From the NCBI RefSeq assembly GCF_004010195.1, contig NC_057720.1, forward strand, positions 4,325,800 through 4,389,799: a stretch of DNA of 64,000 nt. Reading direction: 5' to 3'. Positions 50,701 to 59,700 of this stretch are shown piece by piece. The notes beneath the pieces were generated by a model, which did no database searches, had not been told where the DNA came from, and saw nothing but the letters and a program-made list of their open reading frames with translations. Numbering within the stretch: the first letter of the stretch is position 1; each line of letters begins with the position of its first letter. Position numbers and translations under genes: made by a program. The stretch is from Chiloscyllium plagiosum (Eukaryota).

Positions 50701-53700
50701 CGAAACGTCAGCTCTTTTCTCTCCTTACAGATGCTGCCAGACCTGCTGAGATTTTCCAGCATTTTCTCTTTTGGTTTCAGATTCCAGCATCTGCAGTAAT
50801 TTGCTTTTATCCAGTTGGTCAACAGATCTTGGTAAAGGGACAGGCATCCAACCCCTTAATGTTCTTGATATACAAATCACTGGACGTCCCAAAAAAGGAG
50901 AGTGAACAGTGGAACTCTTGCTGGGTCATCAGGGGGTGAGACCATCATCACTTTCAATAAATTCCACCCTTTATGTGTCCTTATTTCTGTTGTTACATTA
51001 AAATGACCCAGTAGGGTCCTTGCCAAGTTTAATTATGTTATTATGAAGCGGGATTGCTTTCTTGAAAAGGGGAAGGCTATGACAAGATCTGATAGATGTG
51101 ACTTGACTATGATTGCTAGCATAAAACTTTTAAGAAATCATATGAGACCCTTGGACTGATAAGCAAAAGCATGCAGAGTTCACATAATATGTTAAAAAGT
51201 CATAAATCAATGGCTAAGACCCAATTGATGTGTTATGGCCAGTTGTGAGTGACACATTGCAGAAAAAGTATTAGACTGTTAGAGAAAGCACAAAGGGATG
51301 GCCCAGGGTGAACCAGTTTAGTTAGCTGAAGAGACTGGATAAGTAGTGATTATTCTCCTTAGTATAAAGGAGATGATTTGATCAGAGGTTCAAGGGAATT
51401 GTAGTTACGCGGAGAGATTGGAGAGATTGGGGTTGTTTTCTTGGATCAGAAAAGGCTGAGGGTTGACATGATTGAGGCATACAAAACTGTAAGGGATACA
51501 CACAGAGTAGACAGGAGGAACCTGTTTCCCTTGGGAGAGAGTTCAAAAACCAGGGGGTCATCGATTCAAACTAAATGGCAGAAGAATTATAGGGGACGTA
51601 AGGAAAAATATTTTTATGTAGAGGGTAGTGGGTGCCTGGAGTTTACAACCTGAGTTGATAGTGGAGGCAGAGACATTAAACTCTCTTTAAAAAACATGAT
51701 CTGCACCTTAATTGCTGTAGACTGCAGGGCTATGGGCCATGTGTTGAAAGGGCATCTGTGTGTTACTGGGTCAGCATGGACAAGATTGTCCGAATGGCCC
51801 CTTTTGTGCTGTGTCATTTCAATGGTTCTATAGTTCGAAGTCAGGAAAGGTTCAATTTAATAAATATGGAGAAATTGATTGTAGTTGTACTGGGGTCAGT
51901 AGCCAGAGGATAGGGGGTTAACATGACAGGCAAAAGACCCATGGATAATACAGGGAAGCCTCAAATGTTTACAAAACCATTCGTTCAGATCCAGAAGGCA
52001 TTGCCGGAAAGGGCGGTAGAAGCAAACTCAATCATAACTTTCAAAAAGTAGGAGTTGGATAGATACTGGATGGGTAAACATTACAGGAAAGAGCAGGGGA
52101 GTGGAGCTAATTGGAGAACTGTTTTAAAGAGCCAAAATAAGCACAAAGTCAAAGAGATGTACAGCACAGAAACAGACCCTGCAGTCCAACTTGTCCATGC
52201 CAACCAGGTATCTAAATCAGGAGAAAGTGAGGACTACAGATGCTGGAGATCAGAGCTGAAAAGTGTGTTGCTGGAAAAGCGCAGCAGGTCAGGCAGCATC
52301 AAAGGAGCAGGAGAATTGACATTTTGGGCATAAGCCCTTCTTCAGGAACCCTTTTCCAGCAACACATTTTTCAGCTCAGGTATCCTAAATTAACCTAGTA
52401 CCATTTGCCAGCATTCGGCCCATATCTCTCTAACTACATATACCCATCCAGATGCCTTTTAATGTTATAATTGTACCAGCCTCCATCACTTCCTCTGGAA
52501 CTTCACTTCATATACACATCACCCTCTGCATAAGAAAGTTGCCCCTTATGTCTCTTTTAAATCTTACCCCTCTCACCTTAAACCTATGCCCTCTGGTTTT
52601 GCCCTCTCCTACCCTGGCGAAAAGACCCTGTCTATGTATCCTATCCATGTGCCTCATGATAAACCTCTATAAGGTCACCCCTCAGCCTCCAATGCTCCAG
52701 GGAAAACAGCCCCAGCCTGTTCAGCCTCTGTCTAAAGCTCAAACCCTCCAAAACTGGCAACATCCTTGTAAATCTTTTTCTGACCATGGATGAAAAGATA
52801 TCCTCTATACTTTATCATTTAGTGATTCTATTGTTGCTGTGATGATGGCCTAGACTACGGTATTATGACGAGACAATTGCTTCAGAGACCCATGATTTGG
52901 AGGTGCCGGTGTTGGACTGGGTGGGCAAAGTTAAAAATCGCACAACACAAGGTTATAGTCCAACAGGTTTATTTGGAAGCACTGCCTCTGATTAATCACT
53001 TGATGAAGGAGCAGCACTCCGAAAGCTAGTTCTTCCAAATAAACCGGTTGGACTATAACCTGGTGTTCAGTGATTTTCAACTTCAGAGACCCAGGTCATA
53101 TTCCAGGATCAGGGGGTTTGAATCCTATTATGACAAATGATGGATCCAGTAAAAATCTAGAATTAAGAGTCTATTATCTTGAAGCTATTGTTGATCGTCA
53201 CGAAAAATCCACCTGTTTCATTAATATTCTGAAAGGAAGGACACTGCTATGACTCCAGACCCCAGTAATGTGGTTGATTCTTAACTGTTCTCTGTACAAT
53301 TAGGGATGAGCAATAAATGCTGACCTAGTCAGTGAAGTCCATGTCCTGTGATGAATTAAAAAAAACTGATCAATGCCCTAATTGACTCACAGATCAGAAG
53401 TATTTGCTGTTTCAAGAAACATTGAGAATTTGTCTGCGGCAAAATCAGTGCCGATTTTACCTGAAGCAGAAGAGCCAAGCATCACAAATCAAAGATTCAA
53501 GGCAACGTGGAGCAATCCAACAGATGTAAGTTTTGTTTTACATCCAGTAATGTGAAGCAAACGTGAAGGTAGGTGTCTACTACTGTTGACATCCTCAGAA
53601 CGGGGGCACGGTGGCACAGTGGTTAGCACTGCTGCCTCACAGCGCCAGAGACCCGGGTTCATATTCCCACCTCAGGTGACTGTGTGGAGTTTGCACATTC

Positions 53701-56700
53701 TCCCTGTGTCTGCGTGGGTTTCCTCTGGGTGCTCCGGTTTCCTCCCACAGTCCAAAAAAAATGTGTAAGTCAGGTGAATTGGCCATGCTAAATTGCCCAT
53801 AGTGTTAGGCGCAGGGGTAAATGTAGGGGAATGGGTCTGGGTAGGTTGCGCTTCAGCGGGTCGGTATGGACTTGTTGGGCCGAAGGGCCTGTTTCCATGC
53901 TGTAAGTAATCTAATCTAAACTGTGTCATGCAAGGAACCTCTTCAGAAAAAAAAGAATAAAATAGTAATTTATTGTCACCTGTACTTTAAAAAAGAAATA
54001 CAGTGAAAATTGTTTAAGTCGCCATATGTCATTTTCACAGCAAATTATATATATTAAATATATCAGACTATAAAAGACTGCAGATGCTGAGGAGTACATT
54101 TTTAGCCTTCCAGAATGATTTCTGTGAGGTAGGAATATGATAAAACAATTTGAATCTAGCAACGTAAATATGGTTATAACACCATTATGTTATTGTGTTT
54201 GACTAATTGCAGACACGTGTGATATCTTTCAGCAGCAAACATCGATGGTTAAGAAATGCTCATGATCCATGCAGGATTTTCATCACATACATTTTCTTTG
54301 CTGATTCTTTGTGACATGCGCAATGTTATTAGATTAGATTAGATTAGATTACATTACAGTGTGGAAACAGGCCCTTCGGCCCAACAAATCCACACCGCCC
54401 CGCCGAAGCGCAACCCACCCATACCCCTACATTTACCCCTTACCTAACACTACGGGCAATTTAGCATGGCCAATTCACCTGACCTGCACATCTTTGGACT
54501 GTGGGAGGAAACCGGAGCACCCGGAGTAAACCCACGCAGACACGGGGAGAATGTGCAAACTCCACACAGTCAGTCGCCTGAGGCGGGAATTGAACCCGGG
54601 TCTCTGGCGCTGTGAGGCAGCAGTGCTAACCACTGTGCCACCGTGCCGCCCATGGATGATGTTTCCCCACCATGACACAATCACTGTAAAGTACCCTTTT
54701 TGCAAGCTTGCTTGTAACACTGGCCAGTTGTTCCCCCACTCTCAGCTCAAGACTGAGTCATTATCTTATTTCACAACATAGGAACACAAATACCTCAGTG
54801 GGTTGGGCAGCAGTTTTATGATGTAAAGTAACGCCATCAGCATAGGTTCAATTCCTGCACCAGCTGAGGTTACAACGAAAGGTCCCACCTTCGCGATCTC
54901 TCCCCTGTCCTGAAGCGTGCTGACCCTCAGTTGTCTCCGTCTAATGAGACAGTGGTCCTCTGGGAATATTGCATCCTTACCTTTGGGGTCTCTGTTAGTG
55001 TTAGGGTCCCTACCTCTGGGCCTGAAGATCTGGATTCAGGTCCCACCTGCTCCAGAAGGGTGCCATTAAATCTGTAATGTGCATGTTTACAGCAAGAATT
55101 GAACTCCTAATTTGGTGAGCCAGTAGAGACATGATGGTCTAAAAGGCCTCTTGCTGAATCAGACATCCTGCAACCTCAATGGGGACTGAAAGCTGAACAC
55201 AGGTTGCCGATGCAATACTGAAGTTTAATTCAACCAAGGAGTGAACGACTTCAATCGGTTTCATTATTTACTTAGATATTGCACTAGTCCACAAGTCAAT
55301 TATCATCCTATGAAATTAAACCAGATCCAAACCCTCCAAGGGTGTTATTAATTTGCTGGAGTGTCTCTTCAGCAACAAGAAATATGGAACAAAGATAGAG
55401 TCATAGAGCTTTAAAGCATGGAAATGCGCCCATCTGTCTAACTCCTCCACACCAACCAGATATTTTAAATTCCCATTTGCCAGCATTTGGCCCATATCCC
55501 TCAAAACCTTTCCTATTCATGTGCCCGTCCAGATGCCTTTTAAATGCTGTAATAGTACCAGCATCCACTAGTTCCTCTGGCAACTCATTCTATGCACACA
55601 CCACCCTTTGTGTGAAAAAGTTGGCCCTTAGGTCTCTTTTAAATTTTTCCCCTCTCATCTTAAACCAAAGCCTTTTAGTTTTGGACTCCCTGGGTAAAAT
55701 ACCTTGATTGTCCAGGCCCCTCCTCAGCCTCCACCACTCCAGGGAAAACAGCCCCAGCCTATTCAGCCTCTCTCTGTAGCTCAAACCCTCCAACCCTGGC
55801 AACATCCTTGTAGATATTTTCTGAACCCTTTCAAGTTTGACAACATCCTTCCTATAGCAAGGAGGCCAGAATTAAATGCAGTATTCCAAAAGTGGCCTAA
55901 CCAATGCCCTGTACAGCCACATGACCTCCTATCGCCTACTTGCAGAGCACTTCAGAGAACATCTCCGACTTGCTGTAAACATTTGAAAGTTGATTACCAG
56001 CAAACTCTATTGGCTGGGATTGAACAATATGATCAGGCTTTGATCAACTCATGGCTGAGTGCCAGAGAACTTTCTGGAAATGGAGGACATTTTCTGATAA
56101 GTTAGCAGAGCAAAGGGATTTTCTCAAGAAAAGCCTTCCAGACCAAGTTAGATGAAAAAAAGTAAATGTGACAATGAATTATGTTTTTTATTGAGTATTG
56201 CTACTGAAAGGATTAAGAATGCTTAGTTAAATTAAAGTGTGAGTCAGTTCCCTGCCCTTTGTCTGTCACAGAAGATAAAATACCTAAGTGAAAGGTTTGA
56301 GTAATCCTTTTCAGGCAACACCTTACTGGTAACAGCACTTTTGCTACAGATCTGGGAACATTTTGTATGAATTGAGGGTTTTTGCCTCCATTGTCAAACT
56401 GGGAAGTGAATTCCAATCCCCACCACCTTCTGGTGAAAAAGCTTCTTTTCACATTCCTTCTAAACTCTCCATTAATCACCTGACATTTGTGATTCCAACC
56501 CCCTCCCCCCCCCACCCCCACCCTCTGCCACCACCCTGGTAATTTACCTCCCTTCTAGAGGAAACAGGTCTTCCCTGTTCACTCTCTGTAGACCTTTCAT
56601 TATTTTATACATCACAGTTAGGACGTCCCTGAGCCTCCTCTGTTCTGAAGAACAAAGCCCGTGCTTCCTCATTGCCGCAGTTTTCAAGTCCTGAAAATAT

Positions 56701-59700
56701 TTTTACCAATAGCAGAGTGGCTTAATGGTTTGCACTACTGCCTCACAGCTCCATGGACCTGGGTTTGATTCTAGCTTCGGGTGACTGTCTGTGTGGAGTT
56801 TGCACATTCTCCCCGTGTCTGTGCGGGTTTCCTCCTGTTTCCTCCCAAAGTCCAAAAATGTGCAGGTTAGGGTGGATTGGCCATGCTAAATTGCCCACAG
56901 TGTGCAGGCGAAGTGGGTTATCCATGGGGCATGCAGGGTTACAGGGGTAGGGGATGGATATGGATAGATTCAATGGGCCAATGGACCTGCTTCTACACTG
57001 TAGGGATTCTACAGTTCTATGAATCCGCTTTGCCTGCTCTTCGGTGCACTTACGCCCTTCCTATGATATACTGAATAGAACTGAGGAAGAAAATTCCATT
57101 TGGGACCTCAGCAATATTCCAAATGCTGCCTTTACAATTTTATGGACCTGTCCTGCCAAGGACCTGTGGACACGCACTCCAAGGTCTGGACCTATATTGT
57201 CAGGAGCTCAGAAGAATGAGAGTTGATGTCATTCAATCATATTCAATGAATGCAGGGAATGACAGAGTTGATGCAGGAAGGGTTTCTCCCGTCGCTGAAG
57301 GGGAAACCAACACACACAGGCTCGAGGTTAAGGTGAAGCCATTTAGTACTGAGATGAGGAGGAATTTCTTCACTTGGTGAGTGATGGATCTTTGGAATTT
57401 TCTGCTGCAGAGGAATGTGAAAGCCCTAGATATTAAAAACATCAAAGCATACAGGATAGTGCATGAGAATTACCCTGAAGCAGAAGATCAGTTATGATAT
57501 TATAGACAATAGACAATAGACAATAGGTGCAGGAGTAGGCCATTCAGCCCTTCGAGCCTGCACCGCCATTCAATATAATCATGGCTGATCATTCCTAATC
57601 AGTGTCTTGTTCCTGCTTTATCTCCATAACCCATGATTCCACTATCTTTGAGAGCTCTATCCAACTCCTTCTTAAATGAATCCAGAGAGTGGGCCTCCAC
57701 TGCCCTCTGGGGCAGAGCATTCCACACAGCCACCACTCTCTGGGCGAAGAAGTCTCTCCTGAGCTCTGTCCTAAATGGTCTACCCCGTATTTTTAAGCTG
57801 AACAGGTTGGACCGAAGGGTCTGTTTCCATGCTGTGCATCTCTATGACTCTATGACTCTATGAGTCTATGCCAAGGGCATTGGATACACGGCAGCACCAC
57901 TACCTACAGGGTTTCCCTCTAAGCTGATCACCATCCTCCGGTGGACATATATTGCTGCTTCTTCAATGGTCAAAATTCTTGAATTTCATCTTGAACACAG
58001 CATGTATGTAACTCTCTTGTACTACAACAGTTCAAGAAAGCAACTCTGCCATTTTCAAAGAGGAGATTAGGGACGAGTAATCAAAGGCCAATAATGCCCC
58101 ACTCAGATGCATGAATGAAAAGTAATAAATTCTGTTCTGAAAGCATGAGGATTGAACTCACAATGAACATGAACAGAGCGCATTTGAATAGTTTGACCCA
58201 AGACAGAAATGTGCGATCCTGAAATGTACAATTTCATTTTTCAATTGCAATGATAATAATTCTCCATCCACAGACATGCAAAGAAATGTTTTTCTTTCAA
58301 TCTCACCAACTCCCTGAAAGATCTTCATTTGCAATTAAATCATCTCTCTGAGCTGACAATTGAAGATGCCCCATTTTGTCAGTTTGATGAAATGTTGCTA
58401 TGGAGATGATCGGATGACATTATAAGAAGTGGAGTTCCGGAATGCAGTTGGAGATGATTCCAAGGACTGGCAATGGCTCTGAGAGATATGTTATTGACCT
58501 TTGATTGAAATTTGTGTCAGGCTGCAAGTACTTGGAAGTATAATTTTACAATCAACACGCTGAGTACTTGTTCAAGGGGCCCCATCTGTTAGCTACTTGC
58601 TGTGGTTTACCTTTCCACGGAGACAAACAGCAGATAAACTGTGTTCCACTGAAACAAAGATGTTCGTAATGTTTGCAAGCATCTTTCCTCAAGTTAATGG
58701 ATTCACTTCACCCTGGGTGCGGAGTTATTTGAAATAAAGTTCTAATCTGGTATGCCATCAAAATGCGGCTTAAAATCAATACATTTTAAAGCAAAAAAAA
58801 ACAGCCTGCCCTTATAATGGGCTACTATTTGGGCACTGGCATGATGGCCTGAAAGTCTTTTTTTCTCCCATGTCTGAGTTCAAGAGGGAATTATGCACGG
58901 GCTCTTTTAGGTAATAAAGAGCCTCCCAGGAGGAGTCAAGATTGTGTGCTGTGATAGTAGCTTAGTTCACAGAGTCATTGGGTTTTTAACAGCATGAATC
59001 AAGACCCTTGGGTCCATCATTGTCCGTGCTGATCATCAAGCATCTATCTCATCCCACGTTTAGCACAGGCTGTCATCTTGGTCAAGTAATTGAAGTTTGC
59101 TCTCCAGCTGTCTGCCTGGCCGATTTCCACTTACCTTGCCTGACGTTAAGGATTAACTTGGCTGCATGGCATTAGGAGGGAGAGTGCTGAATTAAACGTC
59201 ATGCAACTGTAAATTGTAAATGCAACTTTTCTTTTATTGTGTACTCTTCTACTGGAAAACTATATCTAATCCGTGTTGGGAGTACTAAACCTAGTGGCTA
59301 ATGCCCTGCCACCTCTAGGCTAGTTCAAATTGTGGCTGGAATCAAAGTTGTTGCCCTAAAGCAAAACCAGGGACATGCTGGTCTAGCAACCCAGTCGACT
59401 GGGTTGAGGGTTCTATGCGTTTAAAGGTCCCGATAATAGGTCAGAAAGCTTGGGCCAGCCCAGTGTGGTTATTGCTGTGACCTCTGGCTGCATTTTAGAT
59501 CAAAGCAGCAATAAATTAGCTGCCTCTGGGATTGTTTTGTCTTTGAATGACTTGAGCCTGCTCCCAAGATCTGCCTTCTCCAAGCAGTAAGCGGTTTGGG
59601 TATGAAATACATCACTTGGAAAATTCAATGGAAGTATACAAGAGGGCATTGAATAATTGTTTAGATAGAAACAATCTGCAGGATTACGGGTAACAGGAAA

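Larger units (their letters stand above)
50059..50969. mobile_element. possible non-autonomous DNA transposon remnant
   Basis: Imperfect TIRs gggcagaattta / taaattccaccc around a GC-richer block; no clear TSD. Confidence 0.35.

Noticed and set aside
53602..53680. tRNA genes at SINE heads
   Set aside because: A and B boxes run into the V-core and LINE tail, so these are SINEs.
54213..54250. possible extra small vtg exon after gactaattgcag
   Set aside because: The flanking exons already join in phase 0, the peptide is not Vtg-like, and the nearest donor would shift the frame.
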